A DNA stretch of 64,000 bases from the human T2T-CHM13v2.0 reference genome, Homo sapiens. The translations under genes were made by a program, and so were the position numbers. This document shows, piece after piece, positions 46,002 to 60,100 of this stretch. Below the pieces are notes generated by a model. That model was not told the origin of the DNA and ran no database searches. It saw nothing but the letters and a program-made list of their open reading frames with translations. The stretch lies in assembly GCF_009914755.1 (NCBI RefSeq), contig NC_060926.1, one strand, 5' to 3'. The number at the start of each line of letters is the position of its first letter. Positions within the stretch are counted from its first letter, which is position 1.

Positions 46002-46292
46002 GGCTGGGCACGGTGGCTCACATCTGTAATCCCAGCACTTAGGGAGGCCGAGGCGGGTGGATCACCTGAGGTTGGGAGTTCGAGACCAGCCTGACGAACA
46101 AGGAGAAACCCCGTCTCCACTAAGAATACAAAATTAGCCAGGCGTGGTGGCACATGCCTGTAATCCCAGCTACTCGGGAGGCTGAGGCAGAAGAGTTGCT
46201 TGAACCCGGGACACGGAAGTTTTGGTAAGCCGAGATTGTGCCATTGTACTCCAGCTTGTGCAACAAGAGTGAAACTCCATGTCAACAAAAAA
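46002..46292 (+). mobile_element. AluSp
   Basis: gaggttgggagttcgagaccagcctgac...ggagaaacccc diagnostics. Confidence 0.9.
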
Positions 46293-47385
46293 ATATTAAT
46301 AATAGTTAATATTATTGAGCATTTATTCTGTGCCATGCAAAGCACATTCTTCACAGACAGCTTCACATGTATAAGCTGACAACCACTCTAAGATATAGAT
46401 CTTACTGTCCCCTTTTACAATGGAAACAACGTGTCTCAAAGCAGCTAAATAACTTGCCTAAGGTCACAAAGTTAGTAAATGGCAGATCTAGGATTCAAAC
46501 CCAGAGGTTTGGCTTCAGTCTATGTGGTATACTTCCTACTCTGGACTTTGTGAGCTAATAATGGAGGCAGATATATATTTACATACACACATAAACACCT
46601 TGCTTGAATTCAGAAAATGAATTCACATCTATTTGATACATGAGTTTAAATAAAATCTGTATTTTGATAACAGCTGTTACTATTCTAAAAACTGAGGAGA
46701 ACTGCATTTCATCAAACAGTTAATAAATCCATTTAATGAGGGCCTACTATGTGCTTAGACGACAAAGAATCTAAGACATGGTCCATTCTTTCAAGGAGCT
46801 TATATGCTAAAACTATAATATCATCACATTATTTTGAAAGCATATTGAAATCTACACATCCAAGTAAGTGATCACCTTATTTGGTGATATATTTATCTAT
46901 TGCTCAACCTGTTTTGGGGAACAATTTATAAAACACACAAGAATAGACTTCACTACATTAAGCACAGTTTATTTTTATCCCAAACAGTGCTTTCCATCTT
47001 AATTGCCATTTTATTTGGTATTTGGTTATTTCTAAAAATCTATTCCATCCTCAAAGAAAGAAAATATGCTCCTACTGTTTGTGTGGATGTATTATATGAA
47101 CATGAACATTCATACATATACATAAATACAAACACATCTAGCGATTTTATGAGGGCAATTCCCTGAGGACTGAATAAAATTTGTGCTGTCTGATAAAAAT
47201 GAGTCATATATATGTAATTTAAAATGTAAACAGCCACATTCTTCATCATTAATAATGTTACTGTAATGTACCTTTTGGGTTATGATGTCATTTACAATTC
47301 TTCCTATCTCTCCATTTGACAAAGTTAAACACATATATTTCAATGACAGTTTTACTTTGTTATTTTTCCCATTCTAGTTGCCATA

Positions 47386-47695
47386 TTTTATTTTATTTTA
47401 TTTTATTTTTTTTGAGACAGGGTATCGCTCTGTCGCCCAGGCTGGAAAGCAATGGCATGATCATAGCTCACTGCAGCCTCGAACTCCTGGGTTGAAGTAA
47501 TCCTCCTGTCTCAGCCTCCCAAGTACCTAGGCCTACAGATGTGTGCTACCACATGTGGCTAATTAAATTTTTTTTTTTTTAGAGATGAGGCCTCACTATG
47601 CTGCCAGGCTGGTCTCAAACTTCTGGCCTCAAGCAATCCTCCTGCCTCAACCTCCTAAAGTGCTGAATTATGGGCTTGAGCCACCACATCTGACC
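47386..47695 (-). mobile_element. AluJ
   Basis: TSD tagttgcca(t/c)atttt. Confidence 0.9.
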
Positions 47696-47961
47696 TTAGT
47701 TGCCACATTTTAAAAAGTAAAAGAAACGGGTAAAATTAATTTTGATAATACATTTTAAATTTAATCCAGTATGTCAAAAACATCATTCCAACACATACAT
47801 AATTAATACAAAATTATTGAGGAATTTTATTTTTAACTCATACTAAGTCTTTGAAATGTAGTATGTATTTTACACTAACAAAACATCTCATTTTGGACCA
47901 ACCACATCTCAAGCGCTCAAGATCCACATATGACTAGTGGCTGCAGTATTGGATAGTGCAG
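47696..47961. mobile_element. MER33/MER3-like hAT element (Alu-interrupted)
   Basis: catactaagtctttgaaatg...tattttacact...catctca...tgactagtggctgcagtattggatagtgcag. Confidence 0.75.
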
Positions 47962-48591
47962 GACAAAATTTTTAGAGCTATGGTTGTCATACTAGAATAA
48001 AAGCATCCTGTCCTCACATCTTACTCTGTAGAGTAACATCTTTAAGAGTAATATATAGATGCAAGTGAAATACTGTTAAGTTATTAAACACAGCTTGTGA
48101 AAACAAGCTGTGATCTGTTTAATTAGGGTATAAACTCTAAATAATGTTAACAGCTTGGAGAAATGGATGGTTCAAAAAAGCTAAAGTCATCTTCAAGGAA
48201 CCCAGCTCATCAGTAAAGGATGGGTAGTTGGGGAAGAAAGAAGGTATTTTACAACATATAAGGATTAACCATTCTAGACAAAGAATAATGGCACTGAGCC
48301 AAGAAAAACTCAGTTCAAATAAACTAATGATTATAGTCAACCATAAACTGCCAGAATCCCAGTGAGTAGATTTGTAAGCAATGAACAAATCTCTTATGGC
48401 CAAAGCCCTTTAGATACATAGGCAGGGAAGTATTACAAAGCTATATGGAATTTGGAACTGAAATACAGAAATGGTGGAAATCTAAAGCAATTTACTTGGT
48501 AACATTGGATTCATAGTCTCTTTTTAAACTTTAGACTCCAGTTGACTTAAGGGTAAGCTGGAGTAGATGCAACTCTGTGGTCCCTTACAGC

Positions 48592-48692
48592 CACGGTGAC
48601 CAGTAATTTATTATGCAAACCTGGTCACTTTCAAGAGTAAAAGGGCGCACTATTAATAATTATGCTGGGATAAGAGGCATAAACTGGGATTG
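48592..48692. mobile_element. MER96B-like hAT fragment
   Basis: ggtgaccagtaatttattatgcaaacctggtcactttcaagagtaaaagggcgcactattaataattatgctgggataagaggcataaactgggattg. Confidence 0.65.
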
Positions 48693-49801
48693 CTTTATAG
48701 CTATAAAACCATATGATTTTACACTACAAAGAGGATACAACAGCTACTCCTATCCAGGGATGTGGACTTGATGAGAGTCTAGCACGTTCTTATTACCTCT
48801 GCATGGCCACAGGGGTTTTGTGGGCTAATATACATCGATCTGGGTGAGACGGTTTTGCATGCTCCCACCTCCCCGACCTCCCTCCTGCAAAGCATTTTAA
48901 ATTGGTTTGAATTTGGGAACAGGGTTCCATATGAACAGAGCTGAACATTGACAGCCTGAATGTATTTACCGAAGACAACAAATCATTGACAGACTAAATG
49001 TAACAGAGGAAAGGCCTGGTCTGCTTGCACTCAGAATCTGACTTTGTAATTCTAGCCTCCTTTAGACAGGCCTAATCAATTAGAAGAGGCTGATTTTAAC
49101 CAGTTGCAGACTCATTACCCTGCATTCCAGTTTGTGCTGATGAAAATCAGTTTCAGTCCGTGGCCTGGAATTCATGTACAGCACTTCCTGTAGCCTCTTA
49201 TATAAACACATCAAAAAAATTTTATTTGGAGTTGCCATTTTCCCTTAAAAAAGAAAAACCACTTTGCAAATCATGATTAAAATAGAGCAACTGTATGTGG
49301 ATCTGGGGTCCATCCCCAGAAACTTACATGACCAAGAAACATGTGGAAAGTCAGAGTCTGAGGCAGCAACTCATAAGTGCATTGGTGTAGGGGTCGATTT
49401 GAGAAGAGAGTCTCAAATACCCAGCATCAAATGAGCCCAGCTCAGTTATCTCCACAGAATGGAACAGAATGAACTCACAGCTATTCAAAATAATGACCTT
49501 TCAAAGAAAATACATAAAATAGAAAAAAGCCGGGGTCGTAGATGCAGAGAGGGTATCTGAGTAGAGTTCACTCTTCCCTGAATGACCAACTAGAAAATAA
49601 ACGGCAAACTTCCAAATAAACAAGAACAAGTTTCCCTGACAAACTTCTATGAGGGAACTATATGACACTGTTTAATTTTGATGTGTGGTTAGTCTTACAA
49701 AAGTAGAAGGTGGAGCAGTGTGTGGCAGAGCCACTCAAAACGCCATCCACATTTCAAAGATGTGTAACGATTCCAAAATACAGTATAACTATGAATCATA
49801 C

Positions 49802-49896
49802 CTGGCTGGTTGTCCTTTGCAGATCTGTTGAGGCAGCAAGTCAATAGGAAGAGAATATCAATATATACAGCTCTGGTCACCAAACATGGATTTTGC
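49802..49896 (-). CDS. THADA: THADA coding exon (~exon 31), 95 bp
   Basis: Acceptor cctttctag|G, donor CCAG|gtatga; encodes (R)QNPCLVTRAVYIDILFLLTCCLNRSAKDNQP(V); phase 2 to 1, fits the next exon. Confidence 0.95.
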
Positions 49897-50747
49897 CTAG
49901 AAAGGTAAAGAACAGAATATAAATTGAGATTTTCTCTCCCTTAGGTCTGGGTCTCAGGAAGGAGAACATGGGTATTTTCTATGGTATATGATGGGGCTTA
50001 AGCAGCTATGGCAAATATTAAGAAATGATGTACAATCATTGATGGCAAGAAAATAAGCAACTAATGTGAGCAAATGAAATCCTTGACCATATGATGGAGG
50101 CCAAGGCTATGTGTAGACAAAATAGATAACAACTCTATGCTCTGGCTTCAAATAAAATAAAATGAAAACAAACACCAAGATCCTATCTTAGTTAGTTGAA
50201 AATAAGATGGGACAGAAGGGGTGGGGAGATGGTACTCTATTATTCTACATTTTTAAGTATAGAAATTTGGGGGAAAAAAAATCAGTCATGAAAATCAGAT
50301 TTAGTATTGTGGAGAAGGAAAATTACACTCACATATGAAAAGCTGTATCTGTGGACTTGAAATAACCAGCTGAACAATAGACACATGGCAAGATTAACAA
50401 ACACTGGAGATGACATTTTCCCCAATAAATGGATTTTTTTCTTCATTCAATATATGGAGCAGCTCTTTGAACAACATAGTAGAAATAGTAAGTGGGCTCA
50501 GATTTGGGTATCTATATACAAAAGGATGAAGAAAGACTTTCTTTTTAAGAACAGCACTGAAGGGCCTTGACTCTTGAGTGTCTTTGGCCATGAAAAGGCC
50601 AAAACGTCTTTGGTGTACTAATAATACAATGTGAGTAGTAGAGACAGTAGGGACAGACCTACAATTGAGTCCTGGCTTTCCCACTTACAATCTCTGTGAC
50701 CTGAATCAGATTCCTGACTTGTAAAATGGGAACTGTATTATCACCTC

Positions 50748-51077
50748 TGCTATGGTTTGACTGCCCCTGCTAAAATTCATGTTGAAATGTAATGCTATTG
50801 TAACACTGTTAAGAGGCAGAGCCTTTAAGAGGTGATTGGGTCATGAGGGTACTGTCCTCATGAATGAATGAATGTTGTTATCTTGGGATTGGGCTAGTGA
50901 TTTGGAGACTGAGTTTGTTATAAAGATGAGTTTGGCTTGATTTCCTCTCTGTCTTGCGTGCTCTTTTCTGCCTTCAGCCTTCCACCATGGGATGACCCTC
51001 ACCAGATGCCAGTGCCATCTGTTACAATAAATACAATACATACATTCTGTTACAGCAATAGAAAATGGACTAAGACA
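50748..51077 (+). mobile_element. Solo MaLR LTR (MST family) inserted in a MIR
   Basis: Starts tgctatggtttga, ends gaaaatggactaagaca; MIR-like sequence on both sides (tgtaaaatggg...; cagtgcctggc...). Confidence 0.85.
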
Positions 51078-51399
51078 GACTTACTGTGAGTCACTGTGAG
51101 TGTTCAATGTGGCACAGTAAACTTAAAATGCCCACCTCAGTGCCTGGCCATGGCAGATGTTCCAGAACTGTCCATTCCTTGCCCTTCTCTACTTCCAACA
51201 TGGGATTAGGGGATGGCATTGATATTGGCACAAGTGTTCTGGCTAGTGAGTTTCCATGTGGCTTAATCCTGAAATCCATCCTTCTCATTTCCTATAAACT
51301 AAGTTTTACAATTTCCTTAAAGTTTATTCACACCTCTATCCTGAATTGCCTATATCTGGAGCTGGTGTATGTCTAACATGAAAAATATGTATCAGATAC

Positions 51400-51532
51400 T
51401 TTTTTTTTTGAGACAGAGTCTCGCTCTGTCCCCTAGGCTGGAGTGTGGTGGTATGATCTCGGCTTACTGCAACCTCCACCTCCTGAATTCGTGATTATCC
51501 TGCCTCAGCCTCCCAAGTAGCTGGGATTACAG
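51400..51532 (-). mobile_element. Truncated Alu right arm
   Basis: Poly(T) to gctgggattacagg, then stops abruptly. Confidence 0.9.
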
Positions 51533-51577
51533 GGGGTAAGACTGAAAAACAAGAGGCTGGTTAAGAGTGTGCTGGTG

Positions 51578-51877
51578 GTCCAGGCATGGTGGCTCACGTC
51601 TGTAATCCCAGCACTTTGGGAGGCTGAGGTGGGTGGATCACCTGAGGTCAGGAGATCGAGATCAGCATGGCCAACATGGTGAAACCCCATCTCTACTAAA
51701 AACACAAAAATGAGCCGGGCAGGGTGGCGGGCGCCTGTATTCCCAGCTACTCAGGAAACTGAGGCAGGAAAATCACTTGAACCTGGAAGGCAGAGGTTGC
51801 AGTGAGCTGAGATCATGCCACTGCATGCCAGCCTGGGTGACAGAGTGAGACTCTGTCTCAAAAATAAATAAATAAAT
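51578..51877 (+). mobile_element. AluS, probably chimeric
   Basis: Full dimer with (TAAA)n tail; preceded by the flank of the 15817 Alu; no matching 3' TSD. Confidence 0.9.
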
Positions 51878-51898
51878 AGGTAACACATGCAAAAATAA

Positions 51899-52341
<443 letters not shown>

Positions 52342-52469
52342 TCTATTCTTTTATAAGCATCTATCTGCTACCCACTTGTTTATACAAATGATGGCTTACT
52401 ATATACTCGGTTCTGATCATCACTCCTTTTCACTAATATGTTTTGGATACCATTCTATTAAGAACATAG

Positions 52470-52716
<247 letters not shown>

Positions 52717-53085
52717 GGGTTCTACTTTTTAACCCTGCCCCTATCTTTTGTCTCTAGTTTACCCTGGGACTCTCAATCGTAACTTTCTGCTGTTACTCTT
52801 CCATCCACTATGGAAAGCCCACAGTCTATAAAAACTTCATTGATATCATTCCCAATGGTAAAATTTCTACTAGTTGAGACTGCCCCCTGCTAAAGCAAGA
52901 GCCATTCAGGGAGGAAAGCCAGTGGCCTGAGAAAGCAGATAGGATGTCTCCTGTGCATCCAGCCTTGAGCTAGGTGCAGGGAGGACATGCACAGGAGACG
53001 GCTACTGACCTGAGAATTTTGACTAGTTTTGGAGACAAAAACAAAGACAAACTTCAGAATAGGATGTAAGGAGTTAACCCAAAAA

Positions 53086-53120
53086 ACCAACCAACCAACC
53101 AACCAACCCACCAACCCACC
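53086..53120. repeat. (CCAA)n microsatellite
   Basis: accaaccaaccaaccaaccaacccaccaacccacc. Confidence 0.9.
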
Positions 53121-54877
53121 AGGGTGGACTGGAGAAATGAAGTTATACTTCCAACCGGGCCATGTAAGATGGGAAGAATTTAGAGACAAAGTTGATAAGG
53201 AAGGGCATTTGGAAAGAGGGTAAGAGATGTGAGAGGGAATTCATTTGGCTTCTCCAGTTCCAAGGAGCGGCAGCTTGGGAAGATAAGAGAATGCGTTGAT
53301 AAGGTGGAAACAAGAGGAAGGCTGGTCAGGCTTTTAAGTGATGGGATACTTCATGCTAACTGGGTGTTCCTTAGTGTAATAATTGACTGCCTGCTCCCAT
53401 GTGGCCTCACAGAGTCATAGCTTCTTGCCCCAAATGTTTTTCTGGTTTTCTGTGGAGCCATACAGAACCATAAAGAGAAGTTGTTGAGAAACCGGTTTGA
53501 CTTTCAAGTCTGATGAGGAGCCTGGTTTCCATGAGATTTTCAGCTAAGTTAGCATATTTTTAAAAATTTCAAAATGAACAGAGGAAAGGTTGACGATCTT
53601 TAGAGCCTTCTGCCAGGCTGAAGTGTTCTGCATCTTCCCTAGACCCGGTACAGGCTGGTGACCTTACTGGCCTCCTGGGACACTTCAGGAATCACTGACT
53701 GCTCCCACAACTGTGAGGCTTGGGGCCAAGTGTGATGTAGTCAACAAGATCATGGGAGGCTCCCTCAAATGCTGCTGCTTTGGATTCCAGGAAACAGAAG
53801 ATTTGGGGCCACAAAGGAGTCCATCCATGGCTTCTCCTTTGAGATGACTCTGAGTGAAATTCCAGCCCGGAGCCCACTGTTCATGACTCCACCCTTGAGG
53901 ACAGCCAAGGCCTTATAACATCCCTGTCTGGAGTCACAGAGTTGGGCTTCACTCTGAACTGGCTTCTAAGTCAGGAAAATAATTTTTTTCATTCTTTTTC
54001 TCTTGCTATTACTTGGTGTTTGTTCTGACTTGGAAATGGTGCACTGTAAGTTCAGGGTGAGCCAGAGGTTTGTTCTCAGTCTGTCAAGCCACTTTGATGA
54101 TGGGAACAAAATCCCGAAGAGCAGCACGCCAGCTGGACAGGAAACTAAGCCACAGGGTTTTGGTGGGCTTGGGGAATTTTTCTACCCCCAAATGGAAAAA
54201 TCCTGGCATGGAGCACAGCATAATGAAGATTTATAGTGCTCAAAAAAAATCAGAAGTGATCAGCATGTAGCAGATGCACTGAAAAGCAGCATTACTAGTG
54301 GCTTTCGAAGGAGGAGAAGGAATCCAGCACTATGCGGACGAAGTTGACATACAGAAGATGAAACGAAGGCCCTGTTAAGAATCCTGTTTTCTTCCACTCT
54401 TTTTTACCATTTGTCCTTTTAAATATCCACTTAAGAACTTGATTAATATGTTTTTGCCTTGGGAAATCTCTGAACTTCTTTAAATCTCCTGCCCTCTCTC
54501 CTGGAAGTTGGGAGAGGCACAAGGCAGGCAGAGGGCAGGGCTTCCCAGACACGTCCACAAAAGCCCCAGTGTCTAGAGGACAGCAGAAGTCTTGGGGAAG
54601 TCTGTGATAAATTATTCACTTTTCCTGTCCCTTCCGGAATCCCAGTGGCTGCAGGTTTTTTTTTTTGGTTTTGTTTTGTTTTTAACTGAGGCCTATTCAT
54701 TCAGGAAACATTTATTAAGAGGCTACTGAGAGCCAGGAATAGTGGTGGGTTTGGAAATAGGAAGATGAAGTGATTCAGTGACACAGTCACTGCCCTCAAG
54801 GAACTTAGAGTCCTGAATAGTGTTTTTCCAAATGTATGTTAGGTTATGAAATCAACTAGTGGGTAGTGACCAGCAAT

Positions 54878-55010
54878 AAAGGAAGGAAAGAAAGAAGGAA
54901 GAAGAAAGGAAGGAAGGGAAGGAGGGAGGAAGGGAAGAGGAGAGAGATGGGGGCAGAAGAAGAAGGGAGAAAAGGAGCTAGGAGGAAGACAGAGGGAGAA
55001 AGGAGGAAAA
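54878..55010 (+). repeat. GA-rich polypurine tract
   Basis: ~130 bp almost entirely G/A. Confidence 0.9.
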
Positions 55011-56979
55011 TATAATCAGAGTGTATCAAAGTAGTGTAGTAAGGACAGAGGGCAGGAGATTTAAAGAAGTTCAGAGATTTCCCAAGGGATTGTTTCACTA
55101 AGGTTTTTGTTATGTATCAGCTTTCCATTAAGTCCTTGCTAAGAATAATTTTTAATAAGTTATCTTTAAGATTTAAATAACCATTAAAATGCAACAAGTT
55201 TAAGTAAAATAATTGACTGGTCTAGCTTTTTTCTTTTTCTTTTCCAGGTAATAAGCTACCCTACATTATACTGAATGGCATCAATAGGGTTATGCTTTGT
55301 ATCCAAAATGGCAGTGGATATCTTGAAAGCACACATTCCTGAAATTAAATATGCTCTATCTTGAGCAAATTCCCTCTCTGTTGCATTTTTGGCAATTTAT
55401 ATCTTACGCAGCTACTAAAATTTCCGACTGTGCATGATTTCATGTGTGTGTGCACAGTATATACACACAAACATATGCATTAGGTCATATGTAAAAGCTG
55501 TTTCTTGTTGTCAATGTCTGTCAAAAAAAAAAAAAAAAAAACACTTGAAAGCCACTAGTGTAGTTGGGAAAACACACAACCAGTCATGCTAGAGTATGAT
55601 GGGTGCCCCAAAAGGAGGGATTAACAGAGTAACTGTTTGTCTGGGTGAGTCAGGAAGGGCCTTGGCAGAGAGTTGGAGAATGGGGAGGAGGTAGACCTGG
55701 GCAAAGTGACCACAACAGAGGAAGTAGCATGTCCAAAGACTTGGGGACATGACATGTTTAGAGAATAACAAGTGCTAAAAGGGACAATGGTATGGGGGGC
55801 GGGAATTGGAATGGCAGAGGTGGGTTATTTTTATTTAATTTATGTTTCCACATTTACATGGCTTAATGTGGCCTCCATCAAAGAAGTACCTCCTAACTCC
55901 TATCTACAAGATATAATCAAATATAAGGAGAGGCAGTGTCTGGTCCATGGACAGCTGTTACAATGATGTGAACTGCCAAGACTAGAAAGATGGCCAGTGG
56001 GATTAGCAGGAAATGATATGGGATGAGTCAACAGGGGCCCGAAACAGAAGTAGTCTTTCAGAGCTCTAAAAGTTCCAAAGAATGAAGACCCCAGTGGGAT
56101 CCCATAAGCTCAAGTCACACTGGACAGCTGGGGTCCCCACTCAATATTGTGAAGCCTTGGTGGGCTTCCTGGAAGAGAGAGGGAATTCACTTTGGACTTA
56201 CCAAGCTCTACCAGAATTCACTGCCATCTTCAGAGGGCTGGAAACTGCTGTTTTGGCTTTAGGTTGCTACTGTCTGTTAAGGTCTCTAAGACACATGGCT
56301 TAACTTTATTAATACAGAAACATTTACTGAGCAGTACGGGGGATATCCTACATGGGGTGGGAAGGGGAGGGAGAGGAAAAGGTTATGGCTTTGCAGAGCT
56401 TATGATCTTGTTGGGGGAGGGGTATATGTGGAGAAAAAAATACACATAAAAACAGAGGATTGATTTGATTGTCATGATTGTCATGGAGGAAGGCTCTAGA
56501 GGCATTGGAGGGGTTTGAGCTGGTGAAAGAGAAGGAATTCCAAAAAATCAAACAGGTGCAGCTGGCAGGCTCATCCCAGCCCATCTGGGGTAGTTCTCTT
56601 ATCTTAGCTCCTATTTAAGCAGCTCAGATCACTTCTGTTCTCAACCACAATAAGCAAGAAGTACTAGAAGCTTCTTGTCATGGAGCCAGCACTGGAGTTA
56701 ATGAAGCAATATCCTAGGGACCACCAGCAGGCCCATAACGGGCTGGAAAGAAGGAAACCAGGTTAAGAGGAAAAGTGGGTGAGAGGCAAAGGGAGAGAAG
56801 GCAGGTGAGAAGGGGAGTGGGGGGAGAAGTAAAGAGGGGGGGTGGTTAGAAGAATGGGAGAGGGAAAATGGTTGAAAAAGGGGAAATTAGTCTACAACAT
56901 GTTTCCACATCCCATTATGATCCCTCCACTTGACACATATCTACCCGCCTCCTGCCCTTTATTTAAAATTCACTTCAAG

Positions 56980-57118
56980 CTGGGTTTAGGTGGCACAGGC
57001 ACCTATAATCCCAGCTACTCTGGAGGCTGACATGGAAGGATTGCTTGAGATCAGGAGTTCAAGACCAGCCTGGGCAACATAGTGAGATCCTATCTCAAAC
57101 AGCAATAACAACAACAAA
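56980..57118 (+). mobile_element. FLAM-type Alu monomer
   Basis: Single arm; flanked by tcacttcaa. Confidence 0.85.
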
Positions 57119-60100
57119 CCCCCCTAAAAACCAACTCACTTCAAAGCCCCTCCTCTATTTCTAGAGGATTACTTTTCTAATGATCCAGACAACTACCTCT
57201 GAGGATACGCTGAATGGCTGTCTGAACCCAGGATATTTTGTTGAGCTTCCCCTTCTCCCAGAGATCCCACTGGCCATCTTTGTAGTCTTGAGCACTTCAC
57301 ATCATTGTAACAGCTGTCCATGGACCAGATACTGCCTCTCCTTATATTTGGCTATATCCTGTGGATAGGAGTTAGGAGGTACTTCTTTTGATGGAGGCCA
57401 CATTAAGCCATGTAAATGTGGAAGTATAAATTAAATAAAAAGAACCCACATCTGCCATTCCGATTTCCAATTTTTACCATGGCCCCCAGCCAAGTAACCA
57501 TCATATGGCACTCTTAGACAAACAATAGGGGACTTGTTTAAATCAAAATGCAAAATGGTGATGAACTGTAGAATATATATATTTAAACAAGTCATTTCCC
57601 CCACTGTAACATGGAGAGTTTAGCTGTGCATGCAGGGCCAGCTGGCAGAAGCTTGTAGGGCCTGGCTGGCTACCAGGACTGCTCGTTTACCTTGCCCTCC
57701 CTGGGGGAGGTGTGACGGCAGAGTTGCATTTTTATGGTATGCCCCAACATCCATCCTGCCTTTCTTGGTCTGGAGCTTTGTGAGTGTTTATACTCACAGC
57801 CATATGTAGATGCTGCCCCACAGCCCTCCTACTTGGATTTTCCTTTTAAAGTGAAGCCATCCTCCATGCCCTGCTCTGGTGGTGGACCAACTTATACGGA
57901 ATTCTTACTGAGCTACCATGCACAAAGTGAGAGACCGTGAGCTGTTAGTCTGTCCAGAAAGTGACTGAAGGTCCAGCTATGCATTGCAGAGCACAGTGGG
58001 CTTTCCCTGGAAGAGCAGGTTTGGATCCTGGGGAATGTAATCTGTGAAAGCAGAGGGCCTTACCCACTCCTACCAGGGTTCTGGGTAGGCATTCAGCAAG
58101 GCCCCAGCAGTCTGCAAAAGGTACTGGGGTCCTCTTTTTAGGTTAGGGCCAAAGCCACAGCCTCCTCTGTTTCCCTTAGGATTGCTGCTGCTGGAGGAAG
58201 CCCACAGCTTCAATGCCATGCCTTTGCCTTTCCCTCCTAATATTAATCACCTGCCTTTCCAGAGAGCCCCCAGGGAGCCTCCAGAATCCTCATATTTTTC
58301 CATCTTTCTATTAGGCATCTTGTTCTCATTACTGTACTAACACTCAAGCTATGTGCGGAGAATGATGAAAAAGAGACCTTGGTGTGGGGCTTGGGATTTG
58401 TTCAAAGCCTGGGGAAACTGTTTTAGAGGGTGTATGTTTTTTATTCCTTTTACGAGAGATGCGTGTTTCCCTCCCTCTGTGACTTGTTTAAAAGTAAAGT
58501 TTAATATGCTGCCAGAGTAATTGCTGGTTAATAACTTAATAAACTATGTGCTAGGAATTATGGGAGAAAAGTAGTATCCAAGAAAACTTTTATTGTACAG
58601 TTTGGGGCTTGGAAGATATATAGCTTCAAATCTTATATAGAATGTTAACACAAGTCCCCTTTCTTTTCAAACCTTACTTTCTCCCTAAAAGCATAAAAAA
58701 GGATAAATAGGTGAGGTGGATGAAATCTTCTGGATGCTGCCTGAGCTATGTAAATCACAAGGGGAGAATTTCTAACAGCACCGTCAATAGGACCGTGGTC
58801 ATGTGAATTTGGCAAGGCACACACTTGGAAATTAGCCCTGGTAAAAATAGTACGAATGATAATAACAATATCAACATCTTATTATATTAAAAGTTTTCTC
58901 TTTAAAAAGTATTCTTATTTTATCTTTATAAAATTCTTAAGAAGGAAGAAAAATAGAAATTATCATTCCCATTTTTATAAATCAACAAAGTAGCTCAAGT
59001 GACCTAGCCAAGACAAGGGCAGAAACCAAGAATAGAATCAAGGTTTTCTAGAAAACAAATTGTATCTATGTGTCCCAAACACAATCAGGTGAAAAGTGAG
59101 ACATTGGGCCAAGCAATTAGAAACCACGTAGACTGGTGTTATATCCTGGTAGCCAGTCTGGTGAAAAGCAAGGCTCCAAGTGCAGCTGTTTCTGTGAGGA
59201 CCAGCATAAAGGCACATTTTCAACGTGGCGATTATGTTGATAGAGACTTCGTTATTTGACAATAGATAGTTCCCGTATCTTCTTAGCACTTTTATGTTTA
59301 CACTTCCATTACTCACTATGCCCTCCCCTGGTCTCCTCTATTTCACACCTTCATTTTAGAGCTTCCCACTTTACAGATGAAAACTCAGGCCTAAGGAAAT
59401 TACAGGCCACACCTTGCTGGGCAGTAGTCCAGCAGAGGCCAGACCACTGACTTGCTAACCTTGAGTATTCTCTGCCTCTCCTCAATGGCACTGCACTGTG
59501 TTTTCTGGCTAGAGGCTTTCCATTCACCAAGTGCCTCTAGATGTGACTCTCCTTGTGGTTACCCAGGAACGCAGAGCCTGCGGACTGGTGAGGACCCGTC
59601 TGGCTTGGGGAGTCCTAGAGTGAGCCCCTGAGCTTGCGTGGGAAGGTGTTATTCCCAGAGGCACCCAGGCCAGTCTAATTGCTGAGGAAGCCTGATCATC
59701 ACTGGCAGCTGAGGGGAAGGAAAGGCTAGTGAGACTTAGGAGGGCCTCTCTCCAAGATGCTCCCTTGGCCCATTCATGTAAGACCAGCTCATGCTGCCCA
59801 CAGCCCTTGTGGAGGTGGCCGAAACCCCAGCCACACGGGACAAATGTATCAGGGCTGAGCAGCTTAATATGAGGGCAGATGTGCTCCTGCCAGGCCAGCG
59901 CACTGCCGTAAAGCCTGCGTCAGTTACGGACTTCAGTTAAAGGTGCTGTCTCTACCAGGTCACTACTGGAAAACAGCTGTGTGACCCGGGAGAACAAACT
60001 TATTTACATATTAAAATTTAGGGACAGCCAGCCAGCTGAGAGTGAGGAAAAGGGATATAGAATAGTTAAGTTTTGATGGCAAGAAGGTCTGGAGCATGAA

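Noticed and set aside
52876-52896. CTCF-like motif (minus strand ttagcagggggcagtc)
   Set aside because: Lacks the conserved CC at the 5' end of the core; one imperfect match is not enough without ChIP data.
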